Origin: Candidatus Aldehydirespirator sp.
Lineage (GTDB): Bacteria > Actinomycetota > Acidimicrobiia > Acidimicrobiales > Aldehydirespiratoraceae
Assembly: GCA_965220645.1 (NCBI GenBank)
Contig: OZ244836.1
Span: 2,112,237-2,176,236 of the forward strand
Direction: 5' to 3'
Length of the DNA: 64,000 nucleotides
Under the pieces are notes generated by a model. The model was not told where the DNA came from. It made no database searches and saw nothing but the letters and a program-made list of their open reading frames with translations. The position numbers and the translations under genes are program-made. Numbering within the stretch: the first letter of the stretch is position 1; each line of letters opens with the position of its first letter. Positions 45,140 to 53,976 of the stretch are shown in pieces.

Positions 45140-45298
45140 GGGGAGGATCCGGCACTTCGGATCATCCTCGAGTGGCCCTCCAAAGAGGCCGCGCTCGCGT
45201 TCATGAACGATCCCGCCTATGCGCCCCACCCCAAAGCCCGCCAGGCTGGTTCGATCAGCCACCACGTTCTGATCGACGGCATCGACGACTTCGCCTAA
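45140..45298 (+). pseudogene. DUF1330-like C-terminal fragment
   Basis: RIILEWPSKEAALAFMNDPAYAPHPKARQAG...VLIDG resembles the C-terminal two thirds of DUF1330 proteins. The N-terminal part is absent. Confidence 0.35.
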
Positions 45299-45367
45299 CG
45301 GCCAAGAGACATCGCCAGGGGAGGAACGCAAGAGTCTCGCCGATCTGGTCGCCACCATCATCGGGGG

Positions 45368-46468
45368 GTCCGATCGCTGGGCGGAGATCGAGACGCCCGC
45401 TCCGCCCTCGCCCTCTGGGAACGCCGGGGCACGGATCTGGAGCCTGACGCCCTCGCCTGGATCTGGCCGGTAGTCGACGACGACGCCGTCGAAGCCAGTA
45501 TCGAGCGGGTCCTCAACAACCGGGTCGTCGAGACCGCCGGGGCAGCCGCATTCATCACGGACTACGGCGAAGACGCCTATCTGCTGCTGCATTCCGACCG
45601 CCGCACCGACGCCATCGTGCTCGATGCTCTGATCACGATGGCTCCCGAGTCGGATCTCGTTGCCAAGGTCGTGGCTGGACTGTTGGCCAACCGGATCAAG
45701 GGACGCTGGAACAACGTCCAGGAGAACTCGTTCATCCTGCTGGCCCTGAACCGCTACTTCGCCGCCTTCGAGGCGACCGATCCCGACTTCGTCGCCCGGG
45801 TGTGGCTAGGCGACCTCTACGCCGCGCAACACCAGTTCTCCGGGCGCAGCACCGACCGCGCCCTGACGCTGGTCCCGATGGCGGAGCTGCTGGCAGTGGG
45901 CGACTCCGATCTCATCATCGAGAAGGACGGAGAAGGCCGCCTCTACTACCGCCTCGGCCTTCGCTACGCCCCCGACGACCTCAACCTGGATCCTCTGGAC
46001 CGAGGCTTCGTGGTGCAGCGCAGCTACGAGGCAGTCGACGATCCCGGCGATGTGTGGCTCGACGACGACGGTATCTGGCATGTGCTGGCCGGGGCCCAGG
46101 TGCGGGTCAACGTGACCATGGTCAACGACAGCCGACGCACCAACATGGCGCTGGTCGATCCCATGCCCGCAGGCTTCGAGTCGCTCAACCCGGCACTGGC
46201 GGTGACCGGCGAGATCGACGCCCGCCGCGGCGAGGCCGCCGATTCATGGTGGTGGTGGACCTGGTACGAGCACCAGAACCTCCGCGACGATCGCGCCGAG
46301 GCCTTCTCGTCGTACCTGCGGGCCGGCACCCACGAATACAGCTACGTCGTCCGGGCCACCACCCCCGGCACCTTCGTCGTGCCCCCAGCCAAAGCCGAAG
46401 AAATCTACGCCCCCGAAGTATTCGGCCGCTCCCGCACCGACACAGTCGTAGTGCAAGACCAGCGGTGA
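45368..46468 (+). pseudogene. Detached 3' fragment of an alpha-2-macroglobulin gene
   Basis: Frame is open from 45299 with no ATG/GTG/TTG before GTG 45617 (283-aa ORF 45617-46468). About 97% identical to the C-terminal ~374 codons of the full gene. Confidence 0.7.
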
Positions 46469-46490
46469 GCCTCACCGCTCAGCTGGGCTG
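45368..46490. repeat. Copy B of the 1,123-bp dispersed duplication
   Basis: See copy A. The same 19-bp palindrome overlaps the stop codon (46461-46479). Confidence 0.9.
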
Positions 46491-46521
46491 ATAGCCACGT
46501 CGTGATCCGCACCCTCCACCG

Positions 46522-47505
46522 CTACGGCAACCTCCTGTAGCTCTCGCTGGGGTTGCCCAACAGGGACGCGGTGAGGTCGCGGTGATTGAGAGTTCCGGGC
46601 AGGCCTATCACCACGAGCCGGCCGCGCAGCGTTGAGTCAAGGCCGTTGAGAGCTTCCTCGATGCTCCAGCGCCGCCCGACCCGGTGGATGACGTGGTGCC
46701 TGTCGGGGTGGCCGCTGAGTTGGAGGAAGCCCTTCACCCGCAGGATGGAGTCGGGCCAGTCCCGAAGCGCGGCTTCGACCCGGTCTCGTTCGAGGGCGCC
46801 GTTGACCTCGACGACAACCGTGTTGAAGGCTGCTTCGAGGTGGTCGGTGCTGGTGTTGGACCGCTGTGGCGGGGTTGCCTCGCTGGCCCCGCTGGCCCGG
46901 CCGGCCGCCAGGAGCAGCGCCGGGTCAGGCCCGCCGGCGCGCCAGGCCAGGATCGGTGCGCCAGGAACGTTCTCAGCAATCCAGCCCATGACGGTGGCAA
47001 GCTCGGTCTCGGTCACAAGGTCGCACTTGGTCACCATGACGATGTCAGCGCGGTGGAGTTGGCGGGTGACGAGTTCGCCGACGAACTGGTCTCGAGACTT
47101 GGCCCGCACCGTCTCGGCATCGGCGAGCACGATGACCGCGTCGAGGCGGCAGCCGGGCCAGCCTTGCCCATAGGCCGCCACGTTGGCCGGGTCGGCGACG
47201 CCGCTGGCCTCGACGACGACCTGATCGGGTGGCGGTTCCAGGGCGAGCACCCGGTCGAGCGCATCGCCGAGCTCGTCGGCGATCGAGCAGCAGATGCATC
47301 CGTTCCTCAGGCTGATCGTCTGGCCGCGGTGCTCCGCGATGAGGGCCTCGTCGATGTTGACCGCGCCGAAGTCGTTGACAAGCACCGCCAGGCGCCGGCC
47401 GTGTTCGTGGGCCAGCAGCTCGTTGATCAGGGTCGTCTTGCCCGCGCCGAGGTAGCCGGCGACCACGGTTACGGGGACGAGGTCCTCACGGATGCGGGAT
47501 CCCAT
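46522..47505 (-). CDS. CobW/COG0523-family G3E GTPase (metallochaperone)
   Basis: P-loop GYLGAGKTT, CICCS metal motif. Start placed at ATG 47505 (MGSRIREDLVP), 2 nt after the upstream stop. Confidence 0.8.
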   Translation of the reverse strand: MGSRIREDLVPVTVVAGYLGAGKTTLINELLAHEHGRRLAVLVNDFGAVNIDEALIAEHRGQTISLRNGCICCSIADELGDALDRVLALEPPPDQVVVEASGVADPANVAAYGQGWPGCRLDAVIVLADAETVRAKSRDQFVGELVTRQLHRADIVMVTKCDLVTETELATVMGWIAENVPGAPILAWRAGGPDPALLLAAGRASGASEATPPQRSNTSTDHLEAAFNTVVVEVNGALERDRVEAALRDWPDSILRVKGFLQLSGHPDRHHVIHRVGRRWSIEEALNGLDSTLRGRLVVIGLPGTLNHRDLTASLLGNPSESYRRLP

Positions 47506-47507
47506 CA

Positions 47508-49157
47508 CTAGCGGGGCGGGATCGGGAACTTCTGGCCCTCGAAGACGGTCCCCCATATGGGGATGTCGCGCAGCGCTTCGACACCGGCGTCGTAGGGGTC
47601 GGCCTCGAGGACCGTGAAGTCGGCTCGCTTGCCCCAGCGCAGCGACCCGATCTCGTCCTCAAGCCCGAGTACGTAAGCGGCGTTGGTGGTGATCGCTTTG
47701 ACGGCGGCGTCCAGTGAGGCCCGCTCGTTGGCGCCCATCACCGCTCCCGACTGGGTGAGGCGGTTGGCCGCCACCCAGGCGTTGTTAAGTGGTTTGGCGG
47801 GCGCCATCGGGAAGTCGGAGTGCACCGCGAAGCGCACTCCGGCCCGCTCCAGCGAGCCGACTCTCGAGATCTGCGACGCTCGCTCGTAACCCAGGGTGCT
47901 GGCCGCGAACGCTTCCGAGAGTTCGTAGACGTAGTAGGCGTTGACCGAGGCCACCGCCCCTACCGCGGCCATGCGGTCGACCTGTTGTGAGCTGGAGATG
48001 CCGAAGTGCTCGAAGGTGAAGCGATGATCGAAGCGGGGCCGTTCTGACTGGAGCTTCTCGAGGGTGACGAGCGCGAGCTCCACGCCGAGGTCTCCGCTGC
48101 AGTGGACATGGATCTTCAGCCCGGCGTTCCACAGCACCCGGGCGATGGCTTCGAACCTCTCCGGGGGTGTCATCCACTCGCCGTGGCGACCGTCGATGTG
48201 GCCGGGCGGTTTGAGCATCAGCAGCTCGGCGAAGAACCCGCCGTCGGCGAACATCTTGACGTGGTCGCTGAACCGCAGGCGATGGGTGTTGCGTGACGGA
48301 TACGCCAGCACCCGCTGAAGGAACTCCTCGTCGGTTCGCTCGTCGCCTTGGGGGCCCATCGCGAAGGGCATCAGCTGGACCCGGAACGGTGTGTCGGGCT
48401 GTTCCATCACGGCCTGGAGGTGGCCCCACTCCTGCTCGAACCCGTAGAAGCCCAAAGCGGCGTCGCCGATGGTGGTGTGGCCGCCGTGATGGATGACCTG
48501 GCGCATCCGGTCGAGCCCGCCGCGGAAGCGCTCCGTCTCGAGGATGAAGCCGCGCAGGCAACGCAAGGCGACGCTCATGCCCGTTTCGAAGAATCTGCCT
48601 GCGTCGAGATCGATCTGGGGGTGGCGGGCGGCGGCCGCGGTGTCGAGGTCCATCCACTGTATGCAGGCGTCGTTCACCGCCAGCGAGTGGTAGCCGCGGT
48701 GCCATACCACGATGGGTCGGGTCGCCGATATCTGGTTGAGCGCGCTGCGGTCGACGGAGCGGTGCCAGATGGGGTGATGCCCGAACACGAACAGCGGCTC
48801 GCCGGCGGCCAGGTCGGCGTCGAGGCCGACCAGCCGGGCGAGGAACTGCTCCTCGTCGTGCACGGGTCCGATTTCCTGCCAAGGCAGGTCCCATCCCACT
48901 GCCGTCGTGAAGTGCATCGGCAGGAGGATCGCGGCCATGGAGGGATGCAGGTGGGGATCGATGAACCCCGGCATGATGCAGTGGTCCTTGAACGTGTCAT
49001 CGATCTCGTGGCTGCGTGACTCCAGCCACGGCCCCATGGTGTCGAGGGTCCCCACCTCCACGATGCGGCCGCCCGAGACCGCGACGGCCTCCGCCACCGG
49101 CAACGACGCCTCCATCGTGCGCACCGTGCGGGCCACGAACACCGTGATGTCAGCCAT
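47508..49157 (-). CDS. Amidohydrolase family protein (amidohydrolase_3-like)
   Basis: 549 aa with PGFIDPHLHP metal-binding motif and C-terminal ...KRADFTVLE.... Confidence 0.8.
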   Translation of the reverse strand: MADITVFVARTVRTMEASLPVAEAVAVSGGRIVEVGTLDTMGPWLESRSHEIDDTFKDHCIMPGFIDPHLHPSMAAILLPMHFTTAVGWDLPWQEIGPVHDEEQFLARLVGLDADLAAGEPLFVFGHHPIWHRSVDRSALNQISATRPIVVWHRGYHSLAVNDACIQWMDLDTAAAARHPQIDLDAGRFFETGMSVALRCLRGFILETERFRGGLDRMRQVIHHGGHTTIGDAALGFYGFEQEWGHLQAVMEQPDTPFRVQLMPFAMGPQGDERTDEEFLQRVLAYPSRNTHRLRFSDHVKMFADGGFFAELLMLKPPGHIDGRHGEWMTPPERFEAIARVLWNAGLKIHVHCSGDLGVELALVTLEKLQSERPRFDHRFTFEHFGISSSQQVDRMAAVGAVASVNAYYVYELSEAFAASTLGYERASQISRVGSLERAGVRFAVHSDFPMAPAKPLNNAWVAANRLTQSGAVMGANERASLDAAVKAITTNAAYVLGLEDEIGSLRWGKRADFTVLEADPYDAGVEALRDIPIWGTVFEGQKFPIPPR

Positions 49158-49290
49158 GAATGCCCCCGCGCGCCGGCGAAAGCCCGCTACGCCCTCGCCT
49201 CCAGCGTTCGGCTAGTCTATTGCCTTCAGGGGGATTGGCCGGCGTCGAGTCGTAGTCGGCACCGGCCTTAGGAGTGCTTGGCTTACGCCG

Positions 49291-51051
49291 GTGCCGGGAG
49301 CAGCTGTGAACGTCATTGCGAGCCGATGGGCAACCTGCCTTATCGTAGGGCTAGCGGTTCTGGCTTCCGCGTGTTCCGGAAGCAGTTCGCCAGAGGACCT
49401 GAGCAACGCGCTCGAGGATCCGGGAACGCGTCGTCTTTCCTTTGCCGATATCACCAGCGATCTCGGTCTGCCGACCGAGTCTTACGGCACGGGATACTCG
49501 GGTCCGTGTGTGCCCGACGCGGTCGGCATCACCAGTGGGGGCATGGGTTGCATGATTGACTCCATGACCGGAGGCGTCGCGTTGGCCGACTTCAATCGCG
49601 ACGGCTGGATCGACGTCGTTGGCACGCGCGCCGGTCTACCCGTATTCGTGGGTGTGTACGACTCCAGCGACGGCACCTACCGGCAGGTGGAGATCTCCGA
49701 GGAGGTGACCGGCAACGGTATCGCCATTGGCGATATAGACAGCGACGGCGATGCGGACATCTTCATCGCCGGTTATGGGACTCAGCAGCACTTTCTGCTC
49801 ATCAATGACGGGCATGCAGGCTTCAGCGAACAGGCCAGAACTCGTGGGGTGAGCGGCACAAGACGTGATGGTCAAGCACTCCTGGGTACCAGTGCCGTGG
49901 TCGAAGATGTCGACGCTGACGGTCAGCTCGACGTCATCGTCACTGAGTGGCGGGCCGGAACCGCCCTCAACGCAGCAGGTGAGCCGACGACCCGCTACTT
50001 CCGCGGCGATCAAGCGCAGCCGGGAACGTTCATCGATGCGACCACCTCGAGTCGCCTGAGCGTGATTGCCGCGACTGGCTATGGCTTCTCCATCTCCGTC
50101 TCGGATTTTGACCTGGACGGCCACAATGACATCCTGCTGGCCAGTGACTACAACACATCGCTGATCGCCTTTGGGTCCGCGGCGGGCACATTCCATCTCA
50201 ATGACGAGGTCCAAGCCTCGCTGACCGACGAGAACGGCATGGGTGGCTTGGTCACCGACCTCAATGCGGACGGCATCGATGATTGGCTCGTGACATCAAT
50301 CTTTGCGCCTCCGCCATGTCCGTTCTCCGCCTGCGGCTCCGGCCTGTCGGGCAACCGTGCCTACGTCAACACCGCAGGTGCCCCGCCTGAGGATGAAGCC
50401 TCGGCTCTGGGAATCGCCGCCGGTGGGTGGGGCTGGGGAATCATCCTCGACGACTTCGATCACGATGGCCATGATGATCTTGTCTCGGCCGCCGGAATGT
50501 ACTTCCCGGAGGACTTTGGCGGTGCGCCGCTTGACGAGAGCGGCTATGCGACCGCTCCCCTGCTCGCGTGGGGAGGTCTCCCCGGCGGATCAGGATTTGA
50601 TGAGATCGAGGTCGAGATACGCGGTGGTCATCCACCTTCAGCCCGGTCGCTACAGGCCGCCGATTTCGATCATGATGGCGACTTGGACCTGTTCGTGGGT
50701 GGCTCAGGCCTCCCGGTCAGAGTCTTGGAGAACACGACAGTCACGGGATGCAACTGGGTTAGCGTTGATGTGGACGGGTCACACGGCGGGACCGTTGCGC
50801 TCCATGACGGCGAGAGAGTGGTTTCGGAGGATCGTTTCGGAACGTCAACGGGTTTTCTTGGTACGAGCAACGTTCCGGCACTGTTGTGGCTACCCGACGC
50901 AGACACTGCCTATGAGGTTCGTGTTGCAAGCCACGAGGGTGTGTCCACATCCCGAGCTGTCGAAGGCGGCTTCATGTACCACTTCATTCAACGGGGAGGA
51001 CGACTTGAGCTTCGCGACCTAAGTGGTCCCGGGTGCGACGCGGTGCGCTGA
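49291..51051 (+). CDS. FG-GAP/VCBS-repeat lipoprotein (CRTAC1/ASPIC-UnbV-like)
   Basis: Lipobox LASAC. Repeated DxDxDGxxD motifs (FNRDGWIDV, DIDSDGDADI, DVDADGQLDV, DFDLDGHNDI, DFDHDGDLDL). Confidence 0.7.
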   Translation: MPGAAVNVIASRWATCLIVGLAVLASACSGSSSPEDLSNALEDPGTRRLSFADITSDLGLPTESYGTGYSGPCVPDAVGITSGGMGCMIDSMTGGVALADFNRDGWIDVVGTRAGLPVFVGVYDSSDGTYRQVEISEEVTGNGIAIGDIDSDGDADIFIAGYGTQQHFLLINDGHAGFSEQARTRGVSGTRRDGQALLGTSAVVEDVDADGQLDVIVTEWRAGTALNAAGEPTTRYFRGDQAQPGTFIDATTSSRLSVIAATGYGFSISVSDFDLDGHNDILLASDYNTSLIAFGSAAGTFHLNDEVQASLTDENGMGGLVTDLNADGIDDWLVTSIFAPPPCPFSACGSGLSGNRAYVNTAGAPPEDEASALGIAAGGWGWGIILDDFDHDGHDDLVSAAGMYFPEDFGGAPLDESGYATAPLLAWGGLPGGSGFDEIEVEIRGGHPPSARSLQAADFDHDGDLDLFVGGSGLPVRVLENTTVTGCNWVSVDVDGSHGGTVALHDGERVVSEDRFGTSTGFLGTSNVPALLWLPDADTAYEVRVASHEGVSTSRAVEGGFMYHFIQRGGRLELRDLSGPGCDAVR

Positions 51052-51175
51052 CACGCTAGCTCGGTGTCGATGCGTGTTGGTCCTCTTCAGCATGCAGCGT
51101 AGACGACCGGATTGGCGCGCTCGCCGGGCTTGCCGAGCCTGTCGAGCCCGAATCAGCAGTCACCTTGCGTCCACA

Positions 51176-51204
51176 TTGACAACACGATCCTGGCGCCCTT
51201 TAAT
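51176..51204 (+). promoter_or_regulatory. Candidate sigma-70-type promoter TTGACA-N17-TTTAAT
   Basis: -35 at 51176-51181, 17-nt spacer, -10 at 51199-51204, about 44 bp upstream of ATG 51248 (which is preceded by GGGGGAG). Confidence 0.35.
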
Positions 51205-51247
51205 TGCTGCAGTCTCGTTGCGTGCAAGTCGCTAGGGGGAGCGAGAA

Positions 51248-51946
51248 ATGACTGTAGAGAAGTATGTGGTTCTGCTCGATGCCGACCACGCGGTCACGCC
51301 GGGTGAGCGCGACGACGCGGTGGGCCGGCTGGTAGATGGTGCCGGTGGTGCTGGCGCGGGGCTGGTTGGTTTGACGGTGAGCAGCCTGACCGAGTCGCTG
51401 ACCGGTCCGGCAGAGACTATTGCGGTGGTGCAGGCGTGGATTGAGGGATCCTCTGGAGCCGATGCGGAGTCGGTTCTTGCTCATCTCACCGGTGCGGTCG
51501 GCGCGAAGGTGTCGAGTTGGCGTGTCGAGGAGATCGCGTTCTTGGCGCCGGTTGATCGCAGGCCCTCGGGGGAGCATTCCCGGCTGAACTTGTTCGGCAC
51601 GGCCGCGAAGCGGGAGGACTTCACCACCGAGGGGTTCTTCGACTATTGGAAAACGGTGCACGCGCCCATCTCGGCGTCGATTCCGGGCAGTTCGGGCTAT
51701 GTGGTGTCTCGGATCCACGAGACGGTGAACGCTCCGGTGGAGCGCACAGTCGATGCGTTCATCGAGTTGTGGTATCCGAACCGCGACTCTCATGCGAGCG
51801 CTAACGCGCATCCGCTCGCGGCGAAGGCCTGGGATGACGTCGCCAACTACGCGAGGACCGACGGCCAGTTCTGGTTGACCTATGAGCACGTGGTCGTTGC
51901 GCCGCCTGACACCGGTCGAGGCATGTTTGACTCGAACGGGGATTGA
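51248..51946 (+). CDS. EthD-domain-like protein (tentative)
   Basis: FFDYWKTVHAPI... pattern in the second half. 232 aa, possibly two EthD-like halves. Confidence 0.45.
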   Translation: MTVEKYVVLLDADHAVTPGERDDAVGRLVDGAGGAGAGLVGLTVSSLTESLTGPAETIAVVQAWIEGSSGADAESVLAHLTGAVGAKVSSWRVEEIAFLAPVDRRPSGEHSRLNLFGTAAKREDFTTEGFFDYWKTVHAPISASIPGSSGYVVSRIHETVNAPVERTVDAFIELWYPNRDSHASANAHPLAAKAWDDVANYARTDGQFWLTYEHVVVAPPDTGRGMFDSNGD

Positions 51947-53115
51947 TGCGGGTACGCCCCCATCTGCTGGAGACACCGCATTCGGGCATCCGGCGGATGG
52001 CGGACCTAGCGGCCACCATCGACGATCCGATCGGGCTGGTGGGGGGAGACCCGAACTTCACTACGCCCCAGCACATCATCGACGGTGCCGCTGATCGGTC
52101 GAGCGCGGGAGCAACCGGCTACGCGCCGGGTGAGGGCTTTCTGGAGTTGCGCGAGGCGATCGTCGACAAGCTCCAACGGGTCAACGGCGTCACTGCAACC
52201 CCTGACCAGATCTGTGTGACCACCGGAGCCTGCGGCGGGTTGTTCACCAGCCTCACTCTCGCGGTGGAGCCGGGCAGCGACGTGCTGGTTCCCGACCCCG
52301 GATGGGCCAACTACGCCGCAATGATCCATGTCTTGGGTGCTCGCTGTGTGCCCTACGCGGTGGATGCGTCGACGAACTGGCGGCTCGATGCCGCGGTTGT
52401 CGAGGCGGCCATAACGCCGGTGACGGCCGCGCTGATACTGAACTCGCCTGGTAACCCGACCGGCGTAGTCTTCGACCCTGACGACCTCACAGCGGTGGCC
52501 GAACTGGTCACCGGCCGTCAGATCGCGGTGATAAGCGACGAGGCCTACGACGAGGTGGTGTTCGGTGCCGAGCTGTTCTCGGTGGCATCACGGGTGCAGT
52601 CCGATCAGTTGCTGACCATCTATTCGTTCTCGAAGACGTACGCGATGACCGGCTGGAGAATCGGGTACGCGGTCGGGCCGGCCGACTTCGTGGGCGAGCT
52701 GTCGTTGCTTCAGGAGCCGGTCGTGTCCAGCGCGTCCACCATCTCCATGCACGGCGCCGCGGTGGCGCTGCAAGGCCCGCAGCAGTGTGTGGCCGAAATG
52801 GTCTCCGCGTACGCAGAGCGCTGCCAGAAGGCGATGGCGCTGCTCGACTCCGAGGGGATCGCCTACGTCGAGCCGGGCGGAGCGTTCTTCATCCTGGTCG
52901 ACATACGCGACAGCGGCCTCGACTCGTGGACGTTCGCCACCAGGCTCGCGGAGCAGCACCGGGTGGTGGTCGTGCCGGGACTGGCCTTCGGTCAGGGCGG
53001 CGAGGGATTCGTGAGGGTGAGCCTGGCCGCGGCTCCCGAGGCCATCTTGGAGGGTTTGGCGCGGATTGCCGAGACCTTGCACGACCTCACGACCCGCGAA
53101 CCGGCTGCCGTGTAG
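51943..53115 (+). CDS. PLP-dependent aminotransferase, class I/II
   Basis: SFSKTYAMTGWRIGY PLP-lysine motif, NSPGNPTG. Confidence 0.85.
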   Translation: MMRVRPHLLETPHSGIRRMADLAATIDDPIGLVGGDPNFTTPQHIIDGAADRSSAGATGYAPGEGFLELREAIVDKLQRVNGVTATPDQICVTTGACGGLFTSLTLAVEPGSDVLVPDPGWANYAAMIHVLGARCVPYAVDASTNWRLDAAVVEAAITPVTAALILNSPGNPTGVVFDPDDLTAVAELVTGRQIAVISDEAYDEVVFGAELFSVASRVQSDQLLTIYSFSKTYAMTGWRIGYAVGPADFVGELSLLQEPVVSSASTISMHGAAVALQGPQQCVAEMVSAYAERCQKAMALLDSEGIAYVEPGGAFFILVDIRDSGLDSWTFATRLAEQHRVVVVPGLAFGQGGEGFVRVSLAAAPEAILEGLARIAETLHDLTTREPAAV

Positions 53116-53144
53116 CCGCCGCAGCGCGAAAGGAGACCACAAGA

Positions 53145-53939
53145 ATGCAACGACTCGACGGTATTTCTGCGTTGATCAGCGGGGGAGCGAGCGGTGTCGG
53201 GCGGGCCACCGCGCACCGCTTCGCCCAGGAGGGAGCAGCCCTGATCACGCTCTTCGACAGGGATGTCGAGCGCCTTGCCGATGTCGCCTCCGAACTGGCC
53301 GAGATCGGCACCAAGCCCCGGTCGGTGGTCGGCGATGTCAGCCGCCCGCCGGACTGCCAGCGGGCCGTGGACGAGGCCATTCGCGGCGACGGCCGCCTCG
53401 ACGTGCTGGTAAGCAACGCCGGCGCCGACTCGATCTACCCGTTCCTTGAGCTGGAACTTGAAGAGTGGTACCGGATCGTCGACATCAACCTCACCGCGTC
53501 GTTCGTGCTGGGCCAGGCGGCGGCCAGGGCGATGGTGGCCGCCGGCAACGGTGGCACGATCCTGTACACCGCGTCGATCTCGGGCGTGTTCGCGTCGACC
53601 GGCGACGCCCACTACGGCGTGTCGAAGGCCGGCATCATCAGCCTCGTCAAGACGATGGCCATCGAACTCGTGGAACACAACATCCGGGTGAACTGCATCA
53701 GTCCCGGCCCGCTCGACACCCCGATGTCGCTCGCGCTGCTCGGCAGCGAAGAGGCGATGCAAGCCGCCCGGGAGAGCTGGCCGATGGTGCCCATGAACCG
53801 GCTGGGTCTACCAGAGGAGATCGCGGGCACCTACGCGTATCTGGCGTCGCCCGACGGCGCCTACACCACCGGCCAGAACATCGTGGTAGACGGGGGATTG
53901 ACGGCGAACGTCTACCCGTTGGCAGACGAACTCGAGTGA
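53145..53939 (+). CDS. SDR family oxidoreductase
   Basis: GGASGVGRA, NAG, YGVSK catalytic motif. ATG 53145 preceded by AAAGGAG. Confidence 0.9.
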   Translation: MQRLDGISALISGGASGVGRATAHRFAQEGAALITLFDRDVERLADVASELAEIGTKPRSVVGDVSRPPDCQRAVDEAIRGDGRLDVLVSNAGADSIYPFLELELEEWYRIVDINLTASFVLGQAAARAMVAAGNGGTILYTASISGVFASTGDAHYGVSKAGIISLVKTMAIELVEHNIRVNCISPGPLDTPMSLALLGSEEAMQAARESWPMVPMNRLGLPEEIAGTYAYLASPDGAYTTGQNIVVDGGLTANVYPLADELE

Positions 53940-53976
53940 AGACCGCTCCTGATCTTCACATCGTCGGCAGAGACTG

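Noticed and set aside
40128-46490. Diversity-generating retroelement (TR/VR pair) as an explanation for the two A2M 3' copies.
   Set aside because: No reverse transcriptase is present in the window. The mismatches are spread over 1.1 kb and are mostly C/T and G/A transitions at third codon positions, not adenine-specific substitutions concentrated in a short variable region.
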